64,000 bases of DNA from an uncultured virus (IMG/VR IMGVR_UViG_3300025127_000026) (Duplodnaviria; Heunggongvirae; Uroviricota; Caudoviricetes; Crassvirales): IMG/VR virus record IMGVR_UViG_3300025127_000026, one strand, 5' to 3'. Made by a program: the position numbers and the translations under genes. Below the pieces are notes generated by a model. The model saw only the letters and a list, made by a program, of their open reading frames with translations. It searched no databases and was not told the DNA's origin. Below, piece by piece: positions 36,840 to 47,294 of the stretch (position 1 is its first letter; each line of letters begins with the position of its first letter).

Positions 36840-39194
36840 TTATTGAGTGATATTAAAGTCAGTAGGGACAGTTCCCTCTTGTCTTTGTTGTATCATTTGA
36901 CTTTGTTGTGTTGCTTGAAGTTTTGTTCTTTTGTCTTTACGATCTTCGATTCTATTTTCTTTCATTTGCATTGCTTGAACTTCCATTTCTTTTAATTGTT
37001 TGTCAAAACCAAATTGAAGTTCTTTTAATTGCTTGTCTATATCTCCTTTTGTTTGTATTTTTTGTATCTCAAATTGAGATTTACCTTGTTCAATTTGTAA
37101 AGTGGTTTGTGCAATAGCTTGTTGTTTTTGAACTTCAGCAGCTGCTGTTCTTTCTGCAGTTTGAGCTTGAGCATCAGCTTGAACTCTAGCCATTTCTTGT
37201 TGATCAGCTTGATCTTGTGCTCTTTTCTTATCTTCTTTTAGCTTTAATAATTTGTTAGCTAATTTTAGATTTTTTATTTCTCTAATATCTACAGCATCTG
37301 GTAATGTTATAGTTTGCTGTTGTAAAGCCATTTGAATATTTTGTTCTAACATAGCTCGCTCTTCTTCATCTGGTTCTATTTCTAAATATATACCAAAATC
37401 ATATAAACCTATATTAGATATTTCTTCTAATGTTTTTACATTATATAAACTTATACTATCTATTAAACTTTCTCTTAATAAATCAAATTGTAAGCTATCA
37501 GAAACTCTTAAAGATACATTTTCACAAGCCCTAAGTATTAAATACAAACTAGCATTTAATATATGACGTGTAGCTGTATTACTATTAGCAGCAGCTAATT
37601 TTTGCAAACCTACTAAGCTATCTTTTGCTGGAGTACTAGCATCTCTAGCCTCGTTTAATCCAGTAACATCTCTTATCATTTGTAAATAATATTGATAAGT
37701 ACCAATTAAAGCTTGGATTTTTTGTTGACCACTAGATGAAGTTAATTCTTGTATAGGAACCTTTCCTTGGTTATAATCACCATCTTGAGTCATTGATCTA
37801 CCAACAATACTACCAGTTTGAAAATACATATTTAATGCTTCTGCTGGATTATAACTTGTACCATTACCTAAGTCAACCTCTGCTAATCCATCAACATCCA
37901 TAAATACACCATCAGGAACTGTTCTAGATAATACTTGTTGAAGTTTTAATGATGTTAACTGTATAGTATCAGCAAAACCTATCATACGTTCTACCAATGA
38001 TTCTATACGACCCTTGTAAATATGTGGAGCTACTATTTGATAATTCATATTTACTTTACTAGTATTAGAAAATGGTCTTGTCATATTTTCCGCTACTTCC
38101 CATTCCAACATTATAGGATGTCCTAATATTTTTGCTCCTTTATATAAAACCTCTATTGATCTAGAAACTCTGTCGTATTTATCACTTGGTGGTGGATTAA
38201 AAAAATCATGTTTTTCAATAGCTTTTTCTAAACCTTGATCTGTGTATTTTATTTTATACACTTGGTCAGCAAAAGTTTTGTATTCAAAAAACATTACCTG
38301 AACAGTGTTATTATTATCTTCTCCTTGCCAGTTTCTAGTGTAGTTAGTGTTACCTGGATATTTTTGTATTTCCTCTAATTGTTTAGGAGGTATTTCAGGG
38401 TATAGTTTTTTAAGTTCTGGTATACTAAGTGATTTAACTTCACCAACATAATACAAATCTTCAAAGTTTGGATCTTCTGTATATGACCAAACTAGATTAG
38501 CTGGATCGACGTATTCTACAGTAATACCTTCTGATCTATTCCAACCTGTTTTTACAGCACCTATTCCTAATACAACTAAATCTCTATTAAATCTATTTCT
38601 TACTAAATTAAATTTATTTTTAGCTAATGTATTTTCTATTAACTCTTCTTCTGCAATTTCTATAGATTGTTTATAATCTAACTGCATGTGTATTTCTAAT
38701 TCTTCTTCTGTTTCAGGAGCACCAGCTGGAGCTTCAGAAATATCTATATTTAAAGTTTGTTGAACTTGATTTATAAATTCTCTAGTTTTTATATCTCTTA
38801 ATATTTTTTCACCATATGCAGTTCTTTTCTTTTGAGAAGCAGGATCTTGAGAATACGCCTTTATGTCATATATTTTTTCTGACATCCCATTAACTACAAT
38901 ATCAACAAATTTAGGAATTACAGGAACTGGCTTCCAGTCAAGATTTAAATAACTTAAGTCACCGTTTATAGATAACTCATCTTTGTATTTTTGTACAGAC
39001 TGTTCTCCTCTTGAGTATAATCTTCTTTGGTGAAATATATTATAATTGAAAGAATATCTTGTTCCTCCCACACCTTGAGCAAACCACTGTCCTTCTATAG
39101 CTCGTGCAACTTGCAGGCCATACTCCAAAGACATTTTTTCTTCTTGAGGAACAACTTGATCCGGAAAAGAACTTCTATTGTTGGTGTATATCAT
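36840..39194 (-). CDS. portal protein
   Basis: 784 aa after the terminase; PVIPKFVDIVVNG, IRDVTGLNEARD, Gln-rich coiled-coil C-terminus. Confidence 0.8.
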   Translation of the reverse strand: MIYTNNRSSFPDQVVPQEEKMSLEYGLQVARAIEGQWFAQGVGGTRYSFNYNIFHQRRLYSRGEQSVQKYKDELSINGDLSYLNLDWKPVPVIPKFVDIVVNGMSEKIYDIKAYSQDPASQKKRTAYGEKILRDIKTREFINQVQQTLNIDISEAPAGAPETEEELEIHMQLDYKQSIEIAEEELIENTLAKNKFNLVRNRFNRDLVVLGIGAVKTGWNRSEGITVEYVDPANLVWSYTEDPNFEDLYYVGEVKSLSIPELKKLYPEIPPKQLEEIQKYPGNTNYTRNWQGEDNNNTVQVMFFEYKTFADQVYKIKYTDQGLEKAIEKHDFFNPPPSDKYDRVSRSIEVLYKGAKILGHPIMLEWEVAENMTRPFSNTSKVNMNYQIVAPHIYKGRIESLVERMIGFADTIQLTSLKLQQVLSRTVPDGVFMDVDGLAEVDLGNGTSYNPAEALNMYFQTGSIVGRSMTQDGDYNQGKVPIQELTSSSGQQKIQALIGTYQYYLQMIRDVTGLNEARDASTPAKDSLVGLQKLAAANSNTATRHILNASLYLILRACENVSLRVSDSLQFDLLRESLIDSISLYNVKTLEEISNIGLYDFGIYLEIEPDEEERAMLEQNIQMALQQQTITLPDAVDIREIKNLKLANKLLKLKEDKKRAQDQADQQEMARVQADAQAQTAERTAAAEVQKQQAIAQTTLQIEQGKSQFEIQKIQTKGDIDKQLKELQFGFDKQLKEMEVQAMQMKENRIEDRKDKRTKLQATQQSQMIQQRQEGTVPTDFNITQ

Positions 39195-41418
39195 TATTTA
39201 TTATTTTTGAGAGTATACCATTATTGTTATACATTTTAATTCCTAAGTTAATTTTTTTAACTGTTCTATCAGCTATGGGTTTATATTTATTTCTATTACA
39301 AGCCATTATAGCTAAACCAGAACTTATTGAAGCATCATGCTTAGTTCTTTTTGTAATATCAAATTGAGCCCAATCTTCTAATGTTGATTGATGATACATA
39401 TCACCAAACATTTCGTTTTTTAATCCTACATAAGAATCTATATAAGCTTCAATAGCTGCAGCGTGAGCTTGTTTAATATCTTCACTTGAATTAGGTATAC
39501 CACCTATTTCTTTTTCAGTAACAGAAAGTTTATTCCAAACTTTATCAGGACGATTCATACTAAAACCTCTATATCCTCTTCTTTTTAAATAATACAGTAA
39601 TCGAGGTTTATTATTTTCTGCTAATAAAGGCATACCATAAAAATGTAATGCCATTAAAACTTCTTCAAAAAATATATCGGCTGTTTGTGGTCTAGCTATA
39701 TATTCTAAAAAGAAATGATTTGGCGGAGCATCTTCCATAGAGAATTTGGTTAATCCATGTAGCGATCCATTAGAACCTTTCCCATCAACAGTACCACTAA
39801 TGTCATAGCTATCGCAGCCAAAAGCTCCAATGTGTTCATTTGCAGGACATTTGATTCCATTTTTTATAATCACTTGATTTTGAAGATTTTTAGGTGGTAC
39901 CCAAGATACTTTAAATCTACCATCTTTATTAGGCATAAATATTACCGAAGTATCTTTTATTCCATCAACCCATTGAAAACTTCCTGTAGTTATACTGTTA
40001 ATGTTATTTATTTCCTCATTGTAATCTATCTGTTCGTATATTTTAGTTAAATTAAATAAAGAAGCTTTTGTTTCATCTCTAAATGCATGTTTCTCTGTTC
40101 TTGGAAACTGCCTATAATATTCATTTAAACTATCTTGATCAGACTTTAATCCCTCTACTTCATTTTCCCAGTGTTCAATGACACCAATTCTAATTGGTAC
40201 ACCATCGATTCCGATTGTTTTATTTTCTGGCGTAAGAAATACAGGTGATCCAAAAGTATCCATGAATCCTTCGTAGTTCCATTCCATAGGGATGAAAAGA
40301 GAATATAATCCGCTAGTTGTTTGTCCGTTTCTATTTCTTTTTGTAACGTCTGAATTGTAATATAATTTTTTGAAGTTATTTCCACCTTTATCTAATGCGT
40401 TTGACGTTGAGCCCATCATACATTTACCTACGACTCTACGACCTAATCTTAATGTAGTTTTTGTAACTCTCCAGTTATTTAATATATTATCAGGTCTTTC
40501 CCATTTACCACTTTCATCATGTGCTAGTAGTTTTAGTTTTTCACCATCATAAGAGTTGTCACCCGTGTTTTTCCAATCTATAGTAGTATCAAGACCTTCT
40601 AGTTCTTTTAACTTTACATTGTCATCTAATTTACGTCTAGTAAGCTTTGAAGCTGGGACTCTATAAGCAAGTTCGGTTTTAGGGCGATCCATACCGTCTT
40701 GGATCGGTTTAAAGAAAAACGGATAGTTAACGGATATTGGTACAACTTTATCTGTGAACATTTTTTTAGCATCTGCTCCAGTTTTAGAAAGTATACCGAA
40801 TCGGGAGTCAGAAGATATTGTTGCTTGGTTAACCAGTTCGGCTGATGACATAAAGCTAAACCCACTACGTCTGTTTTTAAGGTAGCACATTCCATAGCAT
40901 CTATCGTCTGCCTTGCATGCTTCCCAGAATATAAAAAAGAGTCTATTTGCTTCTCTATAATCGGGCGCTCCAACATCAATCTTTGACCATTGCAAGTACA
41001 TGTAATGAGTACCAGTAATATATACAGGACTGCCACAATTGTAGAAATGAAAACCTTCTTCTCTACGTTTAAATTCTTCATCGATATATTCATACCATTT
41101 TTCTTTAAACTCTAATGGATATTCTTCCCAGTCAAACCTAGTTTTTATTCTTTGCAGTTCTTTTGGATATTCAAACTTTTCCCAATACTGTTCCGTTTTA
41201 TTTTTGCTTCGTTTATACGGTTCATGTTCTGCTGGTAAAGCAATGCGTAAGTTTTGTATTTCAATGATTTTTCCAATTTCACCTGTTTTGCTTATACATA
41301 TAAAATTATAATCAGAGTTGTAACCATATTCCCATTTTTTAAATCTATTTTGTTTAGCTAATATTTTAGGATTTACAACGTCTGGTATTTCTTTCCAAAG
41401 TGTTTGCTGGTAATTCAT
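39175..41418 (-). CDS. terL: terminase large subunit
   Basis: Walker A-like LKNRRSGFS, Walker B LLAHDESGK, motif III GSTS, nuclease FGCDSYD...HDASISSGLA. Confidence 0.9.
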   Translation of the reverse strand: MNYQQTLWKEIPDVVNPKILAKQNRFKKWEYGYNSDYNFICISKTGEIGKIIEIQNLRIALPAEHEPYKRSKNKTEQYWEKFEYPKELQRIKTRFDWEEYPLEFKEKWYEYIDEEFKRREEGFHFYNCGSPVYITGTHYMYLQWSKIDVGAPDYREANRLFFIFWEACKADDRCYGMCYLKNRRSGFSFMSSAELVNQATISSDSRFGILSKTGADAKKMFTDKVVPISVNYPFFFKPIQDGMDRPKTELAYRVPASKLTRRKLDDNVKLKELEGLDTTIDWKNTGDNSYDGEKLKLLAHDESGKWERPDNILNNWRVTKTTLRLGRRVVGKCMMGSTSNALDKGGNNFKKLYYNSDVTKRNRNGQTTSGLYSLFIPMEWNYEGFMDTFGSPVFLTPENKTIGIDGVPIRIGVIEHWENEVEGLKSDQDSLNEYYRQFPRTEKHAFRDETKASLFNLTKIYEQIDYNEEINNINSITTGSFQWVDGIKDTSVIFMPNKDGRFKVSWVPPKNLQNQVIIKNGIKCPANEHIGAFGCDSYDISGTVDGKGSNGSLHGLTKFSMEDAPPNHFFLEYIARPQTADIFFEEVLMALHFYGMPLLAENNKPRLLYYLKRRGYRGFSMNRPDKVWNKLSVTEKEIGGIPNSSEDIKQAHAAAIEAYIDSYVGLKNEMFGDMYHQSTLEDWAQFDITKRTKHDASISSGLAIMACNRNKYKPIADRTVKKINLGIKMYNNNGILSKIINNDIHQQ

Positions 41419-41687
41419 TTACTTCTCCCTTCTGCAAACTTAAAAATTCTTTCTTTGACTTCTTCTTTTGGTTTAGCTTCTAGTATATTTTCTTCTTCCT
41501 CTATTCTACTAAGTATTTCAAAAGCATCAAAAATTGCTAACTTCTTTGTCGCAGCTGCGTTCTTTAGTCGGTCCGCAGTCACATCCTCCCCTGTGTCCAC
41601 AATCGGTTCCTTTGCTACTTTTATTAATTCTTTGACTGCTAATTGCCCAGCTTGGATTATATTCTTTTTCGTTTCCTTCGTATTCAT
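41415..41687 (-). CDS. putative terminase small subunit
   Basis: Helical 90-aa ORF, ATGA-coupled to terL. Confidence 0.45.
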   Translation of the reverse strand: MNTKETKKNIIQAGQLAVKELIKVAKEPIVDTGEDVTADRLKNAAATKKLAIFDAFEILSRIEEEENILEAKPKEEVKERIFKFAEGRSK

Positions 41688-42228
41688 GCTTTATTAAAAT
41701 ATCTTTTGATTTCATACAATATAATAGTTCCTTATCCACAACAAATTCCCATTGTCTTAAATCAGGAAAGCTAACTAAATCACCTTCGTTTATGCCTAAT
41801 GAAGTTAACTGATCATTACCATATTTAAGTATTCCTAGATTGTTAATAACCTTTTGTCCTAGTTTGCTTGATAATAAGGGCTTTATAAAACATCTATCTA
41901 AAAAAGCTTTATTACTTCCATTGTTATATAAGTAAATTTGATCAGGCGAACAGAAATATAAGTTATCTTTAAAATAAGATCTACTGTTTTGTTGCTTACC
42001 TTTCATATTATAAAACTTTCTAAATACGTTGTGGTGAACATAAACTACATCTCCAACTTTAATTGGCAAGTTATAAGCTTTGGGGATACTAATTACTTTA
42101 GCTACTTTATTAACTATTTTAAATGATTCTATCTTAGTATTTAGTATTAGGGATTTATTATCTACCTTTATTTCGTTATTATATCTTTTTCCTAGTGGTT
42201 CTATTATATAGTCATATAAACTATTCAC
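41527..42228 (-). CDS. GroES-like-domain protein
   Basis: YIIEP...AKVISIP...IKVGDVVYVHH, then a second similar unit RCFIKP...GINEGDLVSF. Confidence 0.45.
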   Translation of the reverse strand: MNSLYDYIIEPLGKRYNNEIKVDNKSLILNTKIESFKIVNKVAKVISIPKAYNLPIKVGDVVYVHHNVFRKFYNMKGKQQNSRSYFKDNLYFCSPDQIYLYNNGSNKAFLDRCFIKPLLSSKLGQKVINNLGILKYGNDQLTSLGINEGDLVSFPDLRQWEFVVDKELLYCMKSKDILIKHEYEGNEKEYNPSWAISSQRINKSSKGTDCGHRGGCDCGPTKERSCDKEVSNF

Positions 42229-42454
42229 TATAACTTAAATTATATTCTACAGCTATAGCCATATTATTGTTAAACCTTTTCCACGGTAATACTTCTTTGT
42301 TTTTTTCTATATAAATAGAGTATTCACCACTTTTTTCATTACTTAAAATATCGCAGATAATGTGACCTCCGTAAACCTCTTGACCTACGGAATAGTGCAT
42401 TGCATCGTTTTTATAATCAGAACCAATACTAATTTTTCTTATTTTACTAGACAT
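42221..42454 (-). CDS. hypothetical protein
   Basis: ORF overlaps both neighbours. Confidence 0.65.
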   Translation of the reverse strand: MSSKIRKISIGSDYKNDAMHYSVGQEVYGGHIICDILSNEKSGEYSIYIEKNKEVLPWKRFNNNMAIAVEYNLSYSE

Positions 42455-42704
42455 GAGCTACAGGTATTTCTTCTTCTTTATTCTCAACATCTTCATATTC
42501 TCCTGTTTCTAAGTTTATATTTACAGAACCATATTCTTCTTCTAATTCTTTTTTGAATTCTCCAACTTGTAAATTAACTTGAGCTATATCATGTAGTAAA
42601 GCATGTTTTTGAGCTTCTAAATTACCAATGTTAAATAATAAATTATTTAATGCTGTTTGTTGTTCTTTTATTTTATTTAATTGTTCTTCTTTTATTTTAT
42701 TCAT
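42447..42704 (-). CDS. hypothetical coiled-coil protein
   Basis: Heptad-rich, with a YGSVNINLETGEY end. Confidence 0.65.
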   Translation of the reverse strand: MNKIKEEQLNKIKEQQTALNNLLFNIGNLEAQKHALLHDIAQVNLQVGEFKKELEEEYGSVNINLETGEYEDVENKEEEIPVAHV

Positions 42705-42726
42705 TTTATTTTATTTTATTTAATTA

Positions 42727-43263
42727 TTATATAGGCATGTATGATACTATAAAGTCATACGTGCCTGGATTAGGAAATGGATCTGGATCAAGATAAGTAG
42801 GCACACCAGCTACTATTACGCTAGTAACCGCTGTTGAGTCGACCAAATTACCATTAACTAATTTTTTTACCATTGTCATGTTTTCTCCTGTAGGAGTAAA
42901 TTGTTCAATTGGACTACCACCACGAAATTTTAAAATTGCATATGTAGTTTGACCTGGTATTGTAAGGATTTGATTTAAATTTCCCGTAAAATTAACTATA
43001 CCAATAACATCATTGCCGTCATTTATAAAATTAGAAAATGGAAGTTGATTTGGTTGAGTAGGAAAATTATTTGACATTAAAGATATTGAAACATCTGGAT
43101 CTATAATACTATTATAAAATTTAAGATCTGCAATTTCTATTGCATCAGGTTGTACGTTTTGAATAACAATTTGCCAAGTTGGAGGCAGCGTGGGACTTGT
43201 TGGACCTGATGGTGGTCCCGATCTAGTTACTATACCTACTGTATTAGAAATAATTGGTGTCAT
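42727..43263 (-). CDS. hypothetical, possible virion accessory protein
   Basis: Pro/Thr-rich beta protein. Confidence 0.5.
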   Translation of the reverse strand: MTPIISNTVGIVTRSGPPSGPTSPTLPPTWQIVIQNVQPDAIEIADLKFYNSIIDPDVSISLMSNNFPTQPNQLPFSNFINDGNDVIGIVNFTGNLNQILTIPGQTTYAILKFRGGSPIEQFTPTGENMTMVKKLVNGNLVDSTAVTSVIVAGVPTYLDPDPFPNPGTYDFIVSYMPI

Positions 43264-44042
43264 TAAAATAATACTAATATTTGAGCTTCTGCAGGATCAG
43301 TAATAGCTTCTGGTTCTTCTCCAGATGTAGCAGCAGAACATACAGTAAAGCATGAAATAGGCATAAATGTTCCTGCAGGTATATTTCTATACAAAGCCTT
43401 ATTACCGCTTTCCATAACTACGTTTAGTTGGCTTAAGTCTCTTCCTATATATAAAGCAGCTCCAGGACCCCAAGTTTCTTCATCACAACTTGTTGGTTCT
43501 TCATTACCACAATTCCATTTAACAATATCTTTTTGTCTAAACGCTTTCAAAGGATTATACTCTTGTGGTATTAGTTCGTCCTCTTTTATATCAAATCTAG
43601 TTCCTATTGGCGTAAATGGACATCCAAAACCCCATTCCCCACTAAATATACCATCTACTTGAGCTAATCCCGTACAGTTAACCCCAGATGTAAAAGTTCC
43701 ACCAGCATCTGGTTGCCATATGATCGTTAATATATCTCCTATATTGTATGCGGTTCCATTAGAACATGGATCTTCGCAAATATCTACGTCTGTAATATCT
43801 CCTACTGCAGGATTATCTACTCCTGTAACTGTAACTACTGCGCCAGCACCACCAGCTGTTTCATTGTAAGTATTATAACATTCTCCTACTACAAAACCTT
43901 CACCAGGGTTACCATTAGGATCTCCTGTTAAAAAATCAAATCCTTTAGCTCCACGCCATATGCAGCCAGGTAAATCTTTTAAGTCTACCGCGTCATGTGC
44001 AAAAACTCTTGGTTGTTTTAGTGTTGTTCCTATTACACTCAT
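43263..44042 (-). CDS. hypothetical, possible virion accessory protein
   Basis: Gly/Thr-rich with ALYIG...PAGTFMPI C-terminal motif. Confidence 0.55.
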   Translation of the reverse strand: MSVIGTTLKQPRVFAHDAVDLKDLPGCIWRGAKGFDFLTGDPNGNPGEGFVVGECYNTYNETAGGAGAVVTVTGVDNPAVGDITDVDICEDPCSNGTAYNIGDILTIIWQPDAGGTFTSGVNCTGLAQVDGIFSGEWGFGCPFTPIGTRFDIKEDELIPQEYNPLKAFRQKDIVKWNCGNEEPTSCDEETWGPGAALYIGRDLSQLNVVMESGNKALYRNIPAGTFMPISCFTVCSAATSGEEPEAITDPAEAQILVLF

Positions 44043-44049
44043 AATTTTT

Positions 44050-44502
44050 TTATTTTCTTATTTTTTGTATTTTTTCATAGCCTCTACTTCCAAAGTATGC
44101 TACATAAACTGTTATTAATAGTGCTTCTAATAAAGAAACCCAACCAGTGTTTATTTCTAAAACAACAGTTGAATCTAACACTATAAATATTGTCATTGCT
44201 AAAGTTAAGTAAATTAAAGTAAGTGGTCTAGTATTTTTACTCAACCAAGAATCAGATGTCATATCACTTTGCCATCTGTTAGAAATGTTATTCATTTCAG
44301 CTATATCTTGATCTAATAACTTCAATGCCATTTCTTTGTCCTCTGGCTCTATACTACTATCACTTGATATTAAATTTTTTACAATACCTAAACCACCAGA
44401 ATCAGGTAAAAACTCTCCTACTGTGTCTAATATTTTAGGAGCTTTTTCTTTTAAAAATATTCCAACTTTAGTTTCCTTAAATTTTTTTTTAGGTTTAGAC
44501 AT
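44050..44502 (-). CDS. putative holin (3TM/GTA-holin-like)
   Basis: RWQSDM.SDSWLSKNTRP followed by two TM helices and YFGSRG.EK. Confidence 0.7.
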   Translation of the reverse strand: MSKPKKKFKETKVGIFLKEKAPKILDTVGEFLPDSGGLGIVKNLISSDSSIEPEDKEMALKLLDQDIAEMNNISNRWQSDMTSDSWLSKNTRPLTLIYLTLAMTIFIVLDSTVVLEINTGWVSLLEALLITVYVAYFGSRGYEKIQKIRK

Positions 44503-45119
44503 TATCTATTTTTTTTGAATTTCTTTATAGATCTTTCACCTTTTGCTACACAACCTTTTTTAGGGCATTTGTATAAACTTCTTCTACTACTGCTTGGTTT
44601 AAATTTTGTTTTTTTATTAAATAAAGATCTTCTACCTTTAGGTTTGGTAGTTTTACTTTTACCTAATTCTATTTCAATTTTTTTACCTTCACCTTCTTTT
44701 TTGGTATTTTCTTTTTTCTTATTTTCTTCTTTTATAATTTCTATATCTCTACCAGTAATTCCTGTAACAGTTGAAATATCAGCACCTTTTTTATTTATTT
44801 TAACAAGATCTTCATTTTGTTTTTTGTTTTTACTAGGACCTTGTCTATATTCTTTTTGAGTATTCTTTGCTTTAATATACTCATTTAAATCTGTTCCAGT
44901 AAAACCATATTTTGACTCAGCAAATCCTGACTCAATTTCTTTTTGTAATTTATCATAAACGCTTGGATCTTTTCTAGTAATTTCTTGAGGTTTATATATT
45001 TCCCTCATTTCAGTTCCTCTTGATACATCATCGGAAGTTTTCCAACTTTTACTTTGTAAAGCTTTTAATGTTTCGCAATCAACATAGTTACCGTTTTTAT
45101 CTTTACATTTATTTGGCAT
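44502..45119 (-). CDS. Lys-rich hypothetical protein
   Basis: TAATG-coupled ORF. Confidence 0.6.
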   Translation of the reverse strand: MPNKCKDKNGNYVDCETLKALQSKSWKTSDDVSRGTEMREIYKPQEITRKDPSVYDKLQKEIESGFAESKYGFTGTDLNEYIKAKNTQKEYRQGPSKNKKQNEDLVKINKKGADISTVTGITGRDIEIIKEENKKKENTKKEGEGKKIEIELGKSKTTKPKGRRSLFNKKTKFKPSSSRRSLYKCPKKGCVAKGERSIKKFKKNR

Positions 45120-45373
45120 TACTTTCTTGTTTTAGTTCTTCTTTTTTTCTTATTACTAGATACTCCACTCATATGCTCATCTAAAGCTTTTTCAGTATAT
45201 TTAGAAGTTCCAAAAGTGTTCATGTATTGTGATTTACTATACTCATTTCCATCTTTGTCTATATAAAAAGGATCATTTTTTTCAGGCAATGGTGGAGCAT
45301 TTTTTAATCTTCTTCTAGTTTGTCTTTTTTCTTTTCTACTAGGCTTGAAAGGATCTTTATCTTTTACTCGCAT
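45119..45373 (-). CDS. basic hypothetical protein
   Basis: TAATG-coupled ORF. Confidence 0.6.
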   Translation of the reverse strand: MRVKDKDPFKPSRKEKRQTRRRLKNAPPLPEKNDPFYIDKDGNEYSKSQYMNTFGTSKYTEKALDEHMSGVSSNKKKRRTKTRK

Positions 45374-45379
45374 ATCTTT

Positions 45380-45532
45380 TTATTTAAAAGCGTATAAAAA
45401 TTCTCTTAATCCCATGCCAAAAGCAATACCAGCATATAGTGAGTGAGAATGCATTATTAAAAGTAAACCAATTGCACCACACGCTATTGATTTAGATAAT
45501 GGATGATTTACTATTTCTTTTATTGTTTCCAT
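45380..45532 (-). CDS. 50-aa membrane protein (absent from ORF track)
   Basis: METIKEIVNHPLSKSIACGAIGLLLIMHSHSLYAGIAFGMGLREFLYAFK fills the gap exactly. Confidence 0.65.
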   Translation of the reverse strand: METIKEIVNHPLSKSIACGAIGLLLIMHSHSLYAGIAFGMGLREFLYAFK

Positions 45533-45534
45533 AA

Positions 45535-45876
45535 TTATTTTCTAAATTGAGCTTCTTGGTTTATCATATATTTCTCCATATCATTACTTTTCGGATTGTT
45601 GAGTAATTGAAGTTTTCCCGTTGGTGTTGTTGTTGTTGTTGGTGGTGCAAGTGCTTTTGCCGGATTAGCACTTGTAGTTGGTGCAGATGTAGAAGTTTTT
45701 GTTTTTGAATCAGAATCTCTATCATCATCTTCGCAAGCACCAGGATTATCCCTACAAAATGCAGCATCACGTTGTGATTTAGCTTCATCAGCAAAAGCTT
45801 TCATGCTATCATTGAATTTATCAATCGCAATGTTAGCATCAGCTGGAGCTATATATTTAGGTTGTCTATAACTCAT
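45535..45876 (-). CDS. hypothetical protein with Thr/Pro linker
   Basis: ORF is ATGA-coupled. Confidence 0.6.
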   Translation of the reverse strand: MSYRQPKYIAPADANIAIDKFNDSMKAFADEAKSQRDAAFCRDNPGACEDDDRDSDSKTKTSTSAPTTSANPAKALAPPTTTTTPTGKLQLLNNPKSNDMEKYMINQEAQFRK

Positions 45877-46121
45877 GATTTTCTATTTTTTAATTTACTA
45901 CCTTTTTTCAACTCTGGATACTTAGAATAAACACAGCTTTTAATAGCTTCAGGATTTTCAGCATTGTGCGCTAACTTTAAAGCAGACTTTGCTCTTCTTA
46001 AACTATTTACAGGGTATGTTTCATCTGGTCCACAAAAATCTTGTTTTGATACATTATCGTATTTATATGCGTTTGATTTTCCTGGTTCTTCTCTAAGTTC
46101 TGTTAAGTTTTCTTTTTTCAT
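45873..46121 (-). CDS. hypothetical protein
   Basis: FCGPDETYPVNSLRRAKSALKLAH. Confidence 0.6.
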   Translation of the reverse strand: MKKENLTELREEPGKSNAYKYDNVSKQDFCGPDETYPVNSLRRAKSALKLAHNAENPEAIKSCVYSKYPELKKGSKLKNRKS

Positions 46122-46123
46122 AA

Positions 46124-46312
46124 TTACTTTTTATTATAAGGAAACATATTGTTTAATTTTTCTTTTCTTTTAGCGCAACCGCAACCACCAGGTATTTTAT
46201 CAGCTAATTTTTTTATACCAGTAGCTTTTGTAAATTTTTCAATACTATCTCCAAGTCCTGTTGATTTATTTGATTTCATTTTATTTATCTTTTTTATTTT
46301 GTAATTTTCCAT
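46124..46312 (-). CDS. small protein with GLGD...CGC motif
   Basis: STGLGDSIEKFTKATGIK...GCGCAKRKEKLN. True start may be 46279. Confidence 0.65.
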   Translation of the reverse strand: MENYKIKKINKMKSNKSTGLGDSIEKFTKATGIKKLADKIPGGCGCAKRKEKLNNMFPYNKK

Positions 46313-46556
46313 CTACCTCTCTACACCAAAACAATATTTCATCTACTTTTTCTTCTAAATCACTTATATGTTCGGTTTGCCATTGTTGTTTTAGATCATA
46401 CTCAATACGATCTATAACTGCAGGTGGTAATTTTTTAGCATCTTCTATATCTGACTGCAATGTGTAATACATGCCAACAAACATTGAAGTAACTACTATT
46501 ATACTTATTACAGTTTTTATGTCAATTTTAAATTCTGTTCCTTCAGATATTTTCAT
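46281..46556 (-). CDS. single-TM coiled-coil protein, possibly lysis accessory
   Basis: TM segment VISIIVVTSMFVGMYY then coiled coil; overlaps the amidase end. Confidence 0.55.
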   Translation of the reverse strand: MKISEGTEFKIDIKTVISIIVVTSMFVGMYYTLQSDIEDAKKLPPAVIDRIEYDLKQQWQTEHISDLEEKVDEILFWCREVDGKLQNKKDK

Positions 46557-46956
46557 ATTCATTAGTAGCATCAAATGATGGACATGCTTTATTAGCAAAA
46601 TCCTTGTGTGAATGTATTTTAGCACTTGGGTACATAGCTTTTAAAGTTCTAAGTACAGCAATTAATGCTTCTTTTTGACAATCAAGTCTAGTATCTTTGG
46701 GAGTCTTACCATCTGCTTCAACGCCTCCGCAATAGCATATACCAATCGAATTACGATTGTGCCCCTTCGTATGAGCTCCCATTTTAGCTATATCTCTACC
46801 TTTGTGTATTTCTCCATATAGGTCGATATAGAAGTGGTAGCCAATATCGCTCCAGCCACGTCCTTCAACGTGCCATCTACGTATTTCAGCTACATCAAAA
46901 TTTTCACCTTCTCTTGTCGCGGAGCAATGTACAATTATTTTATCAATCTGTCTCAT
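46543..46956 (-). CDS. N-acetylmuramoyl-L-alanine amidase (T7 lysozyme-like endolysin)
   Basis: IIVHCSAT, WSDIGYHF, GAHTKGHNRNSIGICY, HKDF..KACPSF. Confidence 0.95.
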   Translation of the reverse strand: MRQIDKIIVHCSATREGENFDVAEIRRWHVEGRGWSDIGYHFYIDLYGEIHKGRDIAKMGAHTKGHNRNSIGICYCGGVEADGKTPKDTRLDCQKEALIAVLRTLKAMYPSAKIHSHKDFANKACPSFDATNEYENI

Positions 46957-47102
46957 TTACCTTTTTTCATAATCCACCACTTGTGAGCAGTATAACCTAT
47001 TGTCACAAGTAATAAAGTTATTTTTAACATTGGTTCAAGCCAATCCATCATAGTTACTCCAAATGCACCTGCATTTAACAAGTATAATTTTAAATCTTCC
47101 AT
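46953..47102 (-). CDS. 49-aa hydrophobic holin-like protein (absent from ORF track)
   Basis: MEDLKLYLLNAGAFGVTMMDWLEPMLKITLLLVTIGYTAHKWWIMKKGK, ATGA-coupled to the amidase. Confidence 0.65.
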   Translation of the reverse strand: MEDLKLYLLNAGAFGVTMMDWLEPMLKITLLLVTIGYTAHKWWIMKKGK

Positions 47103-47103
47103 C

Positions 47104-47283
47104 TTACTGGTTGGCACGTAGTACTACGTTGCCTTTGTAGGGTATATTATCTATAGCTAGATCAGAAACAATATTCTTATCTCTTGACATCATTTTTCTT
47201 TCTCCTGCTGTTCCTTTGTAATAATTGTGATTACACATTTTCTTTTTACCCGCAGGCATTTGTTTTTCTCCGTAACTTGGCAT
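47104..47283 (-). CDS. 59-aa hypothetical protein (absent from ORF track)
   Basis: MPSYGEKQMPAGKKK...PYKGNVVLRANQ fills the gap. Confidence 0.6.
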   Translation of the reverse strand: MPSYGEKQMPAGKKKMCNHNYYKGTAGERKMMSRDKNIVSDLAIDNIPYKGNVVLRANQ

Positions 47284-47294
47284 AATATTTATTT

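Noticed and set aside
41527..41687. 161-nt overlap of two minus-strand ORFs as a programmed frameshift or dual coding
   Set aside because: No slippery site is evident; loss of a stop codon giving a C-terminal extension is the simpler explanation.
45623..45646. (TGT)n microsatellite as a contingency locus
   Set aside because: Short in-frame triplet run encoding a Thr/Pro linker.
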